NCBI GenBank assembly: GCA_016794145.1
Contig: JAEUKP010000008.1
Span: 21,199-85,198 of the forward strand
Direction: 5' to 3'
DNA length: 64,000 nt
DNA from: Alphaproteobacteria bacterium
GTDB taxonomy: Bacteria; Pseudomonadota; Alphaproteobacteria; Micavibrionales; Micavibrionaceae
A program made the position numbers and the translations under genes. Positions 8,966 through 18,277 of this stretch are shown here, piece by piece (the stretch's first letter is position 1; every line of letters begins with the position of its first letter). Under the pieces are notes generated by a model. It saw only the letters and a list, made by a program, of their open reading frames with translations, was not told the DNA's origin and searched no databases.

Positions 8966-8979
8966 AAAAGGAGAAGACA

Positions 8980-10095
8980 ATGACCGAGCAAGAAAAAATC
9001 GACTGGCTACGCCTTTTCCGTACGGACACGATCGGGCCGATCACCTTTCATCGTTTGCTTGCCAAATATGGAACGGCCGCCCGCGCCCTCGACGCCCTGC
9101 CCGTCCTGACCAAAAACAAACCCATCCGGATTTGCCCGCCCGATCTTGCCGAAAAAGAATTAAACGACTTGCATAAATTGGGGGGCCACATGGTGTTCGC
9201 AGGGGAGGATGACTACCCTTTGGCGTTGACCTCGCTCGAAGATGCCCCACCGGTACTCAGTGTTCTGGGGCGGATTGATTTGCTGCAGAAAACCTCGATT
9301 GCCTTGGTGGGGTCACGCAATGCATCCCTGAACGGGCGGAAACTGGCCCATAAAATGGCAATGGATTTGGGGCAAGCGGGACTGGTGGTGACATCCGGTC
9401 TGGCGCGCGGCATTGATACCGCCGCGCATGAAGGCGCGTTGGCCACAGGAACGATTGCCGTAGTGGCCGGTGGCGTCGATGTGATTTACCCCCGCGAGAA
9501 TACGGATTTGTATAAAAAAATCTGTGAAACCGGCGCAGTCATTTCGGAATGTGCCTTAGGCACCCAACCGATCGCCCAACATTTTCCCAAACGCAACCGC
9601 ATTGTATCGGGACTCTCCTCTGGAACCGTGGTGATCGAAGCCAATTTGCGGTCCGGATCCTTGATTACCGCCCGTATGGCCGCCGAACAAGGCCGCGATG
9701 TGATGGCCGTTCCCGGATTTCCGCTTGATCCACGTTCCGAAGGGACCAACGCCTTGATACGGGATGGCGTGGTTCTGGTGCGGGATGCGGCCGATATTCT
9801 GGAACAAACCAACTCTTTCCTGAAACCTGCCCCGCGAGGCTCCCAAATTTCATTTTCCGAAATTGTCGGATTTACCGAAGACGGCCTTTCGGAATCGGCC
9901 GCAAATGACGGATATTCTTCGGAAAACCTAATTACGTTAATTCTTCCGGAGCTATCGCCCACCCCTATCGAGGTTGACGAAATCGTCAGGGTATGCAATT
10001 TGAGAAGTGCAGACGTGCAAGGCACGCTTCTGGAAATGGAATTGGAAGGCCTTGTCCAACGCCTCCCGGGCAATCGGGTGTGCTTGGTGGGGTAG
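8980..10095 (+). CDS. dprA: DNA-processing protein DprA (Smf)
   Basis: LVGSRNAS...GLARGIDTAAHEGAL...IAVVAGGVDVIYPREN...HFPKRNRIVSGLS is the DprA Rossmann-like core. The start is taken at ATG 8980, after the SD. Confidence 0.9.
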   Translation: MTEQEKIDWLRLFRTDTIGPITFHRLLAKYGTAARALDALPVLTKNKPIRICPPDLAEKELNDLHKLGGHMVFAGEDDYPLALTSLEDAPPVLSVLGRIDLLQKTSIALVGSRNASLNGRKLAHKMAMDLGQAGLVVTSGLARGIDTAAHEGALATGTIAVVAGGVDVIYPRENTDLYKKICETGAVISECALGTQPIAQHFPKRNRIVSGLSSGTVVIEANLRSGSLITARMAAEQGRDVMAVPGFPLDPRSEGTNALIRDGVVLVRDAADILEQTNSFLKPAPRGSQISFSEIVGFTEDGLSESAANDGYSSENLITLILPELSPTPIEVDEIVRVCNLRSADVQGTLLEMELEGLVQRLPGNRVCLVG

Positions 10096-10129
10096 TTATA
10101 TTATAAGAAGAGTGAAGAACGACAACAAA

Positions 10130-10232
10130 GCCCTCGCCCCAACGGGGAGAGGGTTGGGTGAGGGGGGAATGCTATAAAATAAAAGCATAAAAAAACTTCA
10201 AGAACATCGTATTCTTCGTGGTTCAAAAAAGA
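10130..10232. repeat. composite repeat module upstream of topA (half palindromic element, A-rich spacer and a TTCTTCGTGGTT box)
   Basis: GCCCTCGCCCCAACGGGGAGAGGGTTGGGTGAGGGGGG (10130-10167) equals the right half of element 6832-6922. AAAAAACTTCAAGAACATCGTATTCTTCGTGGTT (ends at 10223) aligns with 18217-18250 upstream of murA. Confidence 0.75.
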
Positions 10233-10260
10233 AAACAAAACACAAATAGAAAGTAACCCT

Positions 10261-12807
10261 ATGTCTGCACCGAATGTTGTTATCGTTGAGTCTCCGGCCA
10301 AGGCAAAGACCATCAATAAGTATTTAGGCAAAGATTACACCGTTCTGGCCTCGTTCGGACATGTGCGGGACTTGCTGGCCAAAGATGGTGCGGTCAAACC
10401 CGATGATGATTTCAACATGACATGGGAATTGTCCGACCGCGCGGGCAAAACCATCAAAGATATTACCGCGGCGGTCAAATCGGCGGATACCGTTTATCTC
10501 TGCACTGACCCTGACCGTGAGGGAGAGGCCATTTCGTGGCATATCAAACAGGTCCTGGATGAAAAGAACCTGCTGAAAAACAAAGATCTGAAACGCGTTA
10601 CCTTTAACGAAATCACCAAAACCGCGATCAAAGCGGCCTTCGATCATCCACGCGACCTTGATATGCCCTTGGTTGATGCATATCTGGCACGGCGGGCTCT
10701 GGACTTTTTGGTGGGCTTCACCCTCTCCCCCGTTTTGTGGCGGAAACTTCCCGGGTCGAAATCGGCTGGCCGTGTGCAATCCGTGGCCTTGCGCCTGATC
10801 TGCGACCGCGAAACCGAAATCGAAGCCTTTAAAACCGATGAATTCTGGTCGATCCATGCCAAATTGCAAACGCCAGAGGGCGCAACCTTTATGGCGCGCC
10901 TGACCCACTTGGCAGGAAACAAGCTGGAAAAGCTGGATATTCCGAACGAAGAAGCTGCCACCGCCGCCGTAAAACGGATTTTGAACAAAGCCCTGTCCAT
11001 TCAAAAAGTGGAAAAGAAACAGGTGCGGCGCAATCCTTACCCTCCGTTTATTACCTCCAGCCTGCAAATGGAAGCCTCGCGCAAATTGCGCATTTCGGCG
11101 AGCCAGACCATGCGCCTTGCCCAACAACTCTACGAAGGCGTCGATATTGGCGGGGAAACCGTGGGTTTGATTACCTATATGCGTACCGATGGGATCACCT
11201 TGTCGGATGACGCCATTTTCCAATCCCGCGCCCAGATCGAAAAAGAGTTTGGCAAAAAATATCTGCCGGACTCGCCGCGCATGTATAAAAGCAAAGCCAA
11301 AAACGCTCAGGAAGCGCACGAAGCCATTCGCCCGACCGATTTAAGCCGCCGTCCGCAAGACATGCGGAAATATCTGGATGAAAAACAGGCCGCACTGTAT
11401 GAACTGATCTGGAAACGCACCATTGCCTGCCAGATGGAAAACGCCATTCTGGATCAGGTATCGGCAGATATTTCGGATGGCACGGACGATGTTGTCTTGC
11501 GCGCCACCGGATCCACCATTGCCTTTGACGGCTTCCTGACCTTATATAAAGAAGATACGGACGAACCCGAAGATGGCACTGCCGCAGACGATAATGACGA
11601 AAACCGTCGCCTGCCACCTTTGGAACAAGGCATGTCCTTGCGGACCAACGACGTCACACCGGAACAACATTTCACGCAACCTCCCCCCCGTTATTCCGAA
11701 GCCTCGCTGGTGAAAAAACTGGAAGAAATGGGGATTGGCCGCCCATCCACCTATGCGTCGATTATGCAAGTGCTTCAGGATCGGGACTACGTCATTCTGG
11801 ATAAACGCCGTTTTGTGCCCGAAGATCGGGGCCGTTTGGTGACCACCTTCCTCAAACGCTTTTTCGAAAAATATGTGGACTATGCCTTTACGGCGAATCT
11901 GGAAGATGAACTTGATGCGATTTCCTCGGGTCAGGTTTTTTGGAAAGAAGCATTGCGCCAGTTCTGGACAGGGTTCAAAGCCGCAATCGATGGCACCAAA
12001 GACCTGACCATTACCTTGGTTTTGGATGCGCTGGACGAAGAACTGGGCCCCCACTTCTTTCCGGTCACTCCGGAAAATCCGGATCCTCGCAAATGTCCAT
12101 CCTGCGCCGATGGCCGCCTGTCCTTAAAGGTCGGCAAATTCGGGGCCTTTATCGGCTGCTCGAATTATCCGGAATGCCGCCATACCCGTCCCTTGGTTGT
12201 CCAAAGTGGCGAAGCCTTGGACGATGCCAATGCCGGAGCCGGAATCGACAACCAACCGAAAGTTCTGGGGACAGATCCGGCGACAGGCCGCACCGTCACC
12301 GTCCGCAAAGGCCCTTATGGCCCTTATGTCCAGATTGATGTGCCCGAAGGAAGCGAAGACAAAAAAGAAAAACCGAAACGTCAGGGAATTCCGCGTGGAA
12401 CTCCGGTGGACTCGGTTACACTCGAATCCGCGCTGAAACTTCTGGAATTGCCACGCCTGATCGGGATGCATCCAGAAACCGGCGACAAAATCGAAGCCGG
12501 CATTGGACGTTTCGGGCCGTATGTGAAATATCAAAGCAAGTTCAAATCGATTCCCAAAGACGAAGACGTCTTGACCATCGGCATGAACCGCGCGGTCGAA
12601 TTATGCGCGTTGATGGGCGAGAAAAAAGCCTTTACCCGTAAGGCCAAAGCTGCTCCCGCAAAAAAAGCAACCGCAAAGAAAACGGCGGAGAAGAAAGAGC
12701 CCGCCGCAAAGAAAACTCCGGTCAAAAAATCGCCTGCAAAAAAAACAGCCGCAAAAAAAACAGCCGCGAAAAAAGCTCCGGCCAAGAAAGCGGCAACAAA
12801 AGGGTGA
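10261..12807 (+). CDS. topA: DNA topoisomerase I with a lysine/alanine-rich C-terminal tail
   Basis: Toprim N-terminus (VVIVESPAKAKTINKYLG) and one zinc ribbon (CPSCADGRLSLKVGKFGAFIGCSNYPEC). It also has Topo-C repeats (GPYGPYVQ, GRFGPYVKY) and the tail AKKATAKKTAEKK...AKKTAAKKTAAKKAPAKKAATKG. Confidence 0.95.
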   Translation: MSAPNVVIVESPAKAKTINKYLGKDYTVLASFGHVRDLLAKDGAVKPDDDFNMTWELSDRAGKTIKDITAAVKSADTVYLCTDPDREGEAISWHIKQVLDEKNLLKNKDLKRVTFNEITKTAIKAAFDHPRDLDMPLVDAYLARRALDFLVGFTLSPVLWRKLPGSKSAGRVQSVALRLICDRETEIEAFKTDEFWSIHAKLQTPEGATFMARLTHLAGNKLEKLDIPNEEAATAAVKRILNKALSIQKVEKKQVRRNPYPPFITSSLQMEASRKLRISASQTMRLAQQLYEGVDIGGETVGLITYMRTDGITLSDDAIFQSRAQIEKEFGKKYLPDSPRMYKSKAKNAQEAHEAIRPTDLSRRPQDMRKYLDEKQAALYELIWKRTIACQMENAILDQVSADISDGTDDVVLRATGSTIAFDGFLTLYKEDTDEPEDGTAADDNDENRRLPPLEQGMSLRTNDVTPEQHFTQPPPRYSEASLVKKLEEMGIGRPSTYASIMQVLQDRDYVILDKRRFVPEDRGRLVTTFLKRFFEKYVDYAFTANLEDELDAISSGQVFWKEALRQFWTGFKAAIDGTKDLTITLVLDALDEELGPHFFPVTPENPDPRKCPSCADGRLSLKVGKFGAFIGCSNYPECRHTRPLVVQSGEALDDANAGAGIDNQPKVLGTDPATGRTVTVRKGPYGPYVQIDVPEGSEDKKEKPKRQGIPRGTPVDSVTLESALKLLELPRLIGMHPETGDKIEAGIGRFGPYVKYQSKFKSIPKDEDVLTIGMNRAVELCALMGEKKAFTRKAKAAPAKKATAKKTAEKKEPAAKKTPVKKSPAKKTAAKKTAAKKAPAKKAATKG

Positions 12808-12947
12808 CAATAGAGGAAAGATTTCTTTCAAATAAATCGAATACGTGACTGTATAGCTTAGGCGAAATAAAATGAGCGAATCTTTGTGAAGCAAAGAGAT
12901 TGACTCAGAAAGCAGATCATTCCTATTTGGTTTAGCTATATTTTGAT

Positions 12948-13610
12948 TTATTCAGCCTGGGATACCGATTCACCTTCTAATTTTTGATTCTCTGAATCGC
13001 CGTAATATCCACGGGTCGATAAAACCCTTTCTGCACGACGCCCATCGCTGGTGATTGATCCACCTTGCGCCCCCATTAAATCAGATGGTCTGGCCACTTG
13101 TTTTGCAAGTAATGTTTCAATCGTACACCCATACCCGTAGGGAGGCTTTATATTCGTATCATTAGGAATATCCTGACTTGGATCCTTATATCCGGGCATT
13201 GTTCCACACGATGCAGGGGCAGATGCTGTCAATGCAGGGAACGATACAAGGGTTGTTGATATATCACCACTCCCCTTTACCGGGCTTGAAATGGCATTGA
13301 TATCTCGGACACCATTTTGAAAGAGTCCTTTACGAATGATATCAAGCGCCTTTTCTGCCTTTGAAACTGTATTGGTTTTGGACAAAGGATCATACGCAAC
13401 AACAACATTCATCGGACCATTACCAAAACGCTGGTAATAACTGCTGATGGACTGAAGTGTTGAAGGATTCAATTTAGATGTCTCAAGATAATCCGCGAAC
13501 TGATCCTCAGTGACTTGTGCACGGCCAGCCTGATTAACCCAAGTTTCAGACTGCACAGAACAACCAGATAATAAAACAACCGCTGTCAAAGCCAAAAAGA
13601 TTTTCTGCAT
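12948..13610 (-). CDS. cpaD: pilus assembly lipoprotein CpaD
   Basis: Lipobox LLSGC. It lies immediately downstream of cpaC. The motif GYGCTIETLLAKQVARPSDLMG resembles the CpaD motif fGCA..NLA..VA.P.DL. Confidence 0.65.
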   Translation of the reverse strand: MQKIFLALTAVVLLSGCSVQSETWVNQAGRAQVTEDQFADYLETSKLNPSTLQSISSYYQRFGNGPMNVVVAYDPLSKTNTVSKAEKALDIIRKGLFQNGVRDINAISSPVKGSGDISTTLVSFPALTASAPASCGTMPGYKDPSQDIPNDTNIKPPYGYGCTIETLLAKQVARPSDLMGAQGGSITSDGRRAERVLSTRGYYGDSENQKLEGESVSQAE

Positions 13611-13625
13611 TCTTTCTCTCTCCTC

Positions 13626-15251
13626 TTAATCAAGCATATATCCAAAGGCCTGATTGGAATCTGACGGAACATTTTTCAATCTTTCGCCATAAATTCTTTG
13701 CATATTTTTGGTAAAAACTTTTGACATTGATGGATTATTTTGGACACTCCCTTTCGGGATAGATGCTTCCTGGGCTATTTTTTTAGCATCCTTTTGTGAA
13801 TATAATGCTTTGGCACGTCCTTTATCGGGTGGAGTCATAGCGGCGGTTGGAGGGGGGGGTGGAAGAACCAACTCCCCTAGCTCATTTTCATCAATTGGTT
13901 GGGGTGATGCCGTTGCAGGATCTCCATAGGGTGATACAAGATAAGGTGTTACAATAACAACCAATTCCGTTTCTTCACGTTGGAAACTTTTTGAAGATAT
14001 AAGATCTCCAAGGACAGGCGTATTTTTAATCCCCGGCAATCCAGAAAGTCCTTTTGTATTCGCAGCCTTTAAAAGACCAGCCATCATCAAGGATCCACCG
14101 CTATTAATTTCAACAGTTGTCGAGGCACGACGAACATCAAGCCCCGGAATTTGGATATCAGAAAGAGTAATACCTTGAGCTTGATCAAGAGACGAAACCT
14201 CTGTGCTCAGTTGCAAACTAATCCGGTCATCGGACATCACAATCGGTTTAAAATTCAAGGAAACCCCAAATTTTTTGTAATCAATAATAATGTTTCCATT
14301 TTGGTCACGCCCTGCAGGAATTGGAAATTCTCCTCCTGCCAGAAAACCTGCCTCTTCACCGGATACGGCTGTCAGATTCGGCTCAGCCAGAATATTGGCA
14401 AGGCCATCAGATTCAAGCGCATCAATAAAAAGGCCTATATCGCCAATACTTTTAAACCCCGAACTGAATAATAAAGATGTTGCTGCCATTGGATCTTTTG
14501 TTAATCCTGTCCCTTTTGTATAATTGATATCAGGGCGGAAACCTGTACTGGATGAACCGCCACTTGTCGACGTGTTAATCCCCAATTCTTTTAAAACTGT
14601 TCTAGAAACTTCAAGAACACGCACACGCAATGTCACCTGTTGTTGCCCACGGACTTCTAAAAGATTTTCAATCAATGCATCTGGGTTTGCGACTTGTCCT
14701 ACTTTCCGGATTTCCGACATATGCGCTGCCACCAGTTTCGAAATCTTCTGAGCGACAACAGGTGTCGAAACGGTTCCCATCAGCGCGACCTGGCTCCCCA
14801 CGACATGAACACTAACACCTTTTTCATGTGGGAAGACAGTATGAATTAAATTTTCGATGATATTCACATCAATGCTCACATTAACGTTCAAATTCTGAAT
14901 CACGTTTCCAGTGCTATCTAGAATAATAATATTGGTATTCCCCAATGTGGTTCCGACAATATACAATTGATCCAATTGTAAGGCGGAAACATCTGCAATT
15001 TTAGGATCTGCAACCATGATGTCTGTAACAGAGGCTGGTAATTTAAAGACCTCGGCTTTCCCTAGGGTTAGTTTTAAGATTTCACGGGAAGATCGCTCTG
15101 GCGTCTGTGGAACAGCCCATGAAGGAGCAATATGAAGAAACAGAGCTGCTATAAAAAGACAAACACAAATCGCGATGACTCCACTTATTTTTTCGTGGAC
15201 TCTTTCTAAAAATATTCTTGTTACATTTCTTTCTTTCATTCTTCCAAACAC
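13626..15251 (-). CDS. cpaC: Tad/Flp pilus secretin CpaC (RcpA)
   Basis: 541 aa with an N-terminal signal/TM segment and a BON-like N-domain. The secretin C-domain reads LAEPNLTAVSGEEAGFLAGGEFPIP...GVSLNFKPIV...GGSLMMAGLL...PGIKNTPVLGDLISS. Confidence 0.9.
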   Translation of the reverse strand: MFGRMKERNVTRIFLERVHEKISGVIAICVCLFIAALFLHIAPSWAVPQTPERSSREILKLTLGKAEVFKLPASVTDIMVADPKIADVSALQLDQLYIVGTTLGNTNIIILDSTGNVIQNLNVNVSIDVNIIENLIHTVFPHEKGVSVHVVGSQVALMGTVSTPVVAQKISKLVAAHMSEIRKVGQVANPDALIENLLEVRGQQQVTLRVRVLEVSRTVLKELGINTSTSGGSSSTGFRPDINYTKGTGLTKDPMAATSLLFSSGFKSIGDIGLFIDALESDGLANILAEPNLTAVSGEEAGFLAGGEFPIPAGRDQNGNIIIDYKKFGVSLNFKPIVMSDDRISLQLSTEVSSLDQAQGITLSDIQIPGLDVRRASTTVEINSGGSLMMAGLLKAANTKGLSGLPGIKNTPVLGDLISSKSFQREETELVVIVTPYLVSPYGDPATASPQPIDENELGELVLPPPPPTAAMTPPDKGRAKALYSQKDAKKIAQEASIPKGSVQNNPSMSKVFTKNMQRIYGERLKNVPSDSNQAFGYMLD

Positions 15252-15276
15252 TTATTAAGATTAAAAACTGACTTAA

Positions 15277-16119
15277 CTAACGACGTACTGTTACATTCTC
15301 AATGTCTTGACCATTATAGACCCTGACGATATCTGACTTTCCTCCGGATGTTTTTTTCATTTTTCCCAATTCCTGCAAAAGATTGCTGACTTGAACATCT
15401 GTTGTAAAATTTCTTTTTCCTCTTTCTTTGTGGGTATCATCCCCAAGGGCACGAAGGCTCAGTGATAGATCTCCCATTTCACTTGCAAGCACCAATTTTT
15501 CGGCCCCCCCTGCATCAACCTCAAGTGTAACGGTGCGACCAACTTTTGCCTTGTCATCGGCTTTGCTTGAATTTTGGTCAATTGCCAATACATTGACATT
15601 TTCAAGAATGGTCTGGGATGCGTGACGATCAACTTTTCCTGCTGCATCTTGGGCGTCTTCTCCACTTAACCTGATTTGGTACGATAAGATGACATCAACA
15701 CGATCTCCTGGTGAAATGAAACCGCCTACCATTGATTCAGCCGAAACCTTAATAGCCATAGCCCTCATTCCAGGTTCCATGGCAGCGGCCAGAACATTTC
15801 CCTTTCCGGATGCTGTCAGCAATGATTTTAAAAGTGGTTCACCCTCAACCATATCTTTTCTCAATTTCCCCTGGAGTGTATCGGCAATCGATTTCTGACC
15901 TTCACGAATAATAGCCCCTGCAAAAAGAGACTCCTTTGGCCATTCTTGCCATTTGAAATTCATATCACTGACTGTTTCACCAACTTTGACAGCGTTCTTG
16001 GCAACAACAATTTCAACAAGGGTCGTATTCTTTTTTGAAAAACTGGATTGAACGATTAATGCAACAACAATCGCAATCAAAAATCCACCTGCCAGTACAA
16101 TGAAGATATTCTTGTTCAT
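15277..16119 (-). CDS. cpaB: Flp pilus assembly protein CpaB (RcpC)
   Basis: N-terminal TM segment and an SAF-like domain (VVAKNAVKVGETVSDMNFKWQEWP). It sits between cpaA and cpaC. Confidence 0.85.
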   Translation of the reverse strand: MNKNIFIVLAGGFLIAIVVALIVQSSFSKKNTTLVEIVVAKNAVKVGETVSDMNFKWQEWPKESLFAGAIIREGQKSIADTLQGKLRKDMVEGEPLLKSLLTASGKGNVLAAAMEPGMRAMAIKVSAESMVGGFISPGDRVDVILSYQIRLSGEDAQDAAGKVDRHASQTILENVNVLAIDQNSSKADDKAKVGRTVTLEVDAGGAEKLVLASEMGDLSLSLRALGDDTHKERGKRNFTTDVQVSNLLQELGKMKKTSGGKSDIVRVYNGQDIENVTVRR

Positions 16120-16180
16120 GTTTTCACTTTCACGTTCTCACTGTGCCCTAGAAGAATTAAGAATAACTAAAAGTCTTTTG

Positions 16181-16765
16181 TCAGAAGAAAGATTCCCATT
16201 TTGTCAGACTAAAAAAACCGGAATATAGAAAAGAGAAAAATGCCCCGATAGCGATCGCAATTCCATAAGGAACCTTGCTCCCACCTTTTTGTGCGGAATC
16301 AATCCACCCGCCTTCAGGTGGAGATAAGAATGGTTTCTTTTTTTGTAGATAAAGAGAAATCAACGCAATAAAACCACCCGCCAGAGACATATAAAAAAGG
16401 AAAGGAATAAGGCCCGATGTTCCAACCCATAAAGAAACTGCTGTTGCGAATTTTGAATCACCAGCACCCAATTTTTGTGTTGCATATAAAACGCTGGTCA
16501 TCATAAAAACAAGGAAAGCGGCCCCTAAATGCAATCCGATTGGTTTAAAGAAAACATCTTTCTGGCCTGTTACACTTAGGACCGCATAGGTCACAGCAAA
16601 CGCAAGAATAATCACAATTGATGTGATGTTGGGGATCTTAAATCCTTTGTAATCGGATTTCGCCGCAAGACCACACATACCAAGAGTCACAAAGACCCCA
16701 AATAAAAATACCAACAAACCAATCATTCTGATGTCATACCCATGAAGAGGGAAAAAGATTTTCAT
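16181..16765 (-). CDS. cpaA: A24-family prepilin peptidase CpaA (TadV)
   Basis: Polytopic 194-aa protein with the two aspartyl sites (AAKSDYKGFKIPN and KLGAGDSKF). It lies directly downstream of the flp pilin gene. Confidence 0.85.
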   Translation of the reverse strand: MKIFFPLHGYDIRMIGLLVFLFGVFVTLGMCGLAAKSDYKGFKIPNITSIVIILAFAVTYAVLSVTGQKDVFFKPIGLHLGAAFLVFMMTSVLYATQKLGAGDSKFATAVSLWVGTSGLIPFLFYMSLAGGFIALISLYLQKKKPFLSPPEGGWIDSAQKGGSKVPYGIAIAIGAFFSFLYSGFFSLTKWESFF

Positions 16766-16801
16766 TAAAAACCCGCCCTCTTGATAAAATGGGGGCGGGT
16801 C
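16766..16801 (-). terminator. Rho-independent terminator/attenuator between flp and cpaA
   Basis: The minus strand reads gACCCGCCC-ccattttatcaaga-GGGCGGGT-TTTTTAATG. This is an 8-bp GC stem and a T run that leads straight into the cpaA ATG. Confidence 0.75.
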
Positions 16802-16835
16802 TCCGAGTTTCTAAATCACGTAAGAATTCCCTCAA

Positions 16836-17033
16836 TTATGGTGTTGGGGCCGCTAGTTTAGATCCCATTCCATCAAACAGGGCTTTCAACTCACCTCCGA
16901 ATGTCCACACGGCACCAGAAATCGCAAGGGCAATCCCCGCCGCAATCAAACCATACTCAATGGCAGTTGCTCCATCTTCTTTTTTTCCAAAATCACTTGT
17001 ATAAGCTTGCACAAAAGCAATCAGTTTCAGCAT
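16836..17033 (-). CDS. flp: Flp-family type IVb pilin
   Basis: 65 aa. KKEDG|ATAIEYGLIAAGIALAI is the Flp processing motif (G/ATAIEYGLIAA). Confidence 0.9.
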   Translation of the reverse strand: MLKLIAFVQAYTSDFGKKEDGATAIEYGLIAAGIALAISGAVWTFGGELKALFDGMGSKLAAPTP

Positions 17034-17353
17034 ATTATGTCTCCTTCAATTTGTTTCCAGCAAGATTCTATTTTTTCCGTAAGGTCAAATGCCTACATCT
17101 TCAGAATAGCCCCCACCCCATTAAGCGCAGGTTAATATTATTTCGATTTCCATATAAATTATTCATAAATTACAGTCGCTTAGCATTATTTTTTGCTCTA
17201 CCTACTATCTACCCGATTGAAATATAACACTTTCTTATGTACCCAAAGGAGTTACAGCACCGTGGAAAAACCTTATTATTATCTGGAATCCAGCAGATGA
17301 ATTGTGTAATGTCTTTTGGCAAACACCCATAAAATTGATAAAGTGATGATTTA

Positions 17354-17524
17354 ATGACTCTGCCCGTTCAAAATGAACTCGTAAAGCAGCCAGGGCTTTC
17401 CTGCACTTCAAAAAGTAAAAGGGATATCTTGAACGATGCCCGGGCTGAGGCGTTACGACAGAATTTGAAAAAACGTAAAGATCAGGCATCTGCACGAAAA
17501 ACAAACGATCAAAACCAATTATAA
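17354..17524 (+). CDS. small basic hypothetical protein (56 aa)
   Basis: Hand-translated as MTLPVQNELVKQPGLSCTSKSKRDILNDARAEALRQNLKKRKDQASARKTNDQNQL. It ends 24 nt before dcd and is too short for the track. The overlapping minus-strand ORF 17235..17504 looks non-protein-like. Confidence 0.3.
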   Translation: MTLPVQNELVKQPGLSCTSKSKRDILNDARAEALRQNLKKRKDQASARKTNDQNQL

Positions 17525-17548
17525 AATAAATAAAGAGATGTCCTCAAA

Positions 17549-18160
17549 ATGACCACCACCGTTTTAAAACCCGACACCGCTCTTCAGGCCCTTCCCGGCA
17601 TTATGCCCGATCACTGGATCCGTGAACAAGCTTTGAACCACGGCATGATCGAGCCCTTTGCCGAAAAACAAAACCGCGAAGTCAATGGCCAGAAAATCAT
17701 TTCCTACGGCCTGTCATCCTATGGCTATGATGCGCGGTGTTCGAACGAATTTATGATCTTTACCAATGTGGATAACGCGATTGTCGATCCGAAAAACTTT
17801 TCCGATCAAAGTTTTGTCGAACGATCCGGCGATGTCTGTATCATCCCCCCGAATTCCTTTGTGTTGACCCGTACAGTCGAATATTTCCGCATCCCGAAAG
17901 ATGTTCTGGTGGTCTGTTTGGGGAAATCCACCTATGCGCGGTGCGGATTAATTGTGAATGTGACCCCGCTGGAACCCGGATGGGAAGGCCATGTCACCCT
18001 GGAATTATCCAACACCACGCCATTGCCTGCCAAAGTTTATGCCAATGAAGGCATCGCCCAGTTTCTGTTCTTTAAAGGATCCAGCCCCTGTGATGTGTCC
18101 TATGCCGATCGATCGGGCAAATATATGTCTCAACGTGGCGTGACCTTACCGAGGATATAG
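17549..18160 (+). CDS. dcd: dCTP deaminase
   Basis: [10 protein letters not shown]...[39 protein letters not shown]...EGIAQFLFF are Dcd motifs. Confidence 0.9.
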   Translation: MTTTVLKPDTALQALPGIMPDHWIREQALNHGMIEPFAEKQNREVNGQKIISYGLSSYGYDARCSNEFMIFTNVDNAIVDPKNFSDQSFVERSGDVCIIPPNSFVLTRTVEYFRIPKDVLVVCLGKSTYARCGLIVNVTPLEPGWEGHVTLELSNTTPLPAKVYANEGIAQFLFFKGSSPCDVSYADRSGKYMSQRGVTLPRI

Positions 18161-18166
18161 AGAAAT

Positions 18167-18255
18167 TTCCCTCGCCCTTTGCGGGAGAAGGATGACCAAA
18201 GAAAAAAGAAATAAAGAAAAAACTTCGGGAATTTCGTGTTCTTCGTGGTTAAAAC
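18167..18255. repeat. composite repeat module upstream of murA (degenerate palindrome, spacer and a TTCTTCGTGGTT box)
   Basis: TTCCCTCGCCCTTTGCGGGAGAAGGA is followed by GAAAAAACTTCGGGAATTTCGTGTTCTTCGTGGTT (the box is at 18239-18250). This aligns with the topA upstream module. Confidence 0.7.
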
Positions 18256-18277
18256 GGAATAACAAAGAAAGTGCACC

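Noticed and set aside
10324-11319. 331-aa minus-strand ORF
   Set aside because: It lies entirely antisense to the well-supported topA. Its composition is Gly/Arg/Phe-rich and of low complexity, the typical shadow ORF of a GC-richer gene.
17235-17504. 89-aa minus-strand ORF upstream of dcd
   Set aside because: Unconvincing composition and no RBS. The plus-strand 56-aa ORF is a slightly better, though still weak, candidate.
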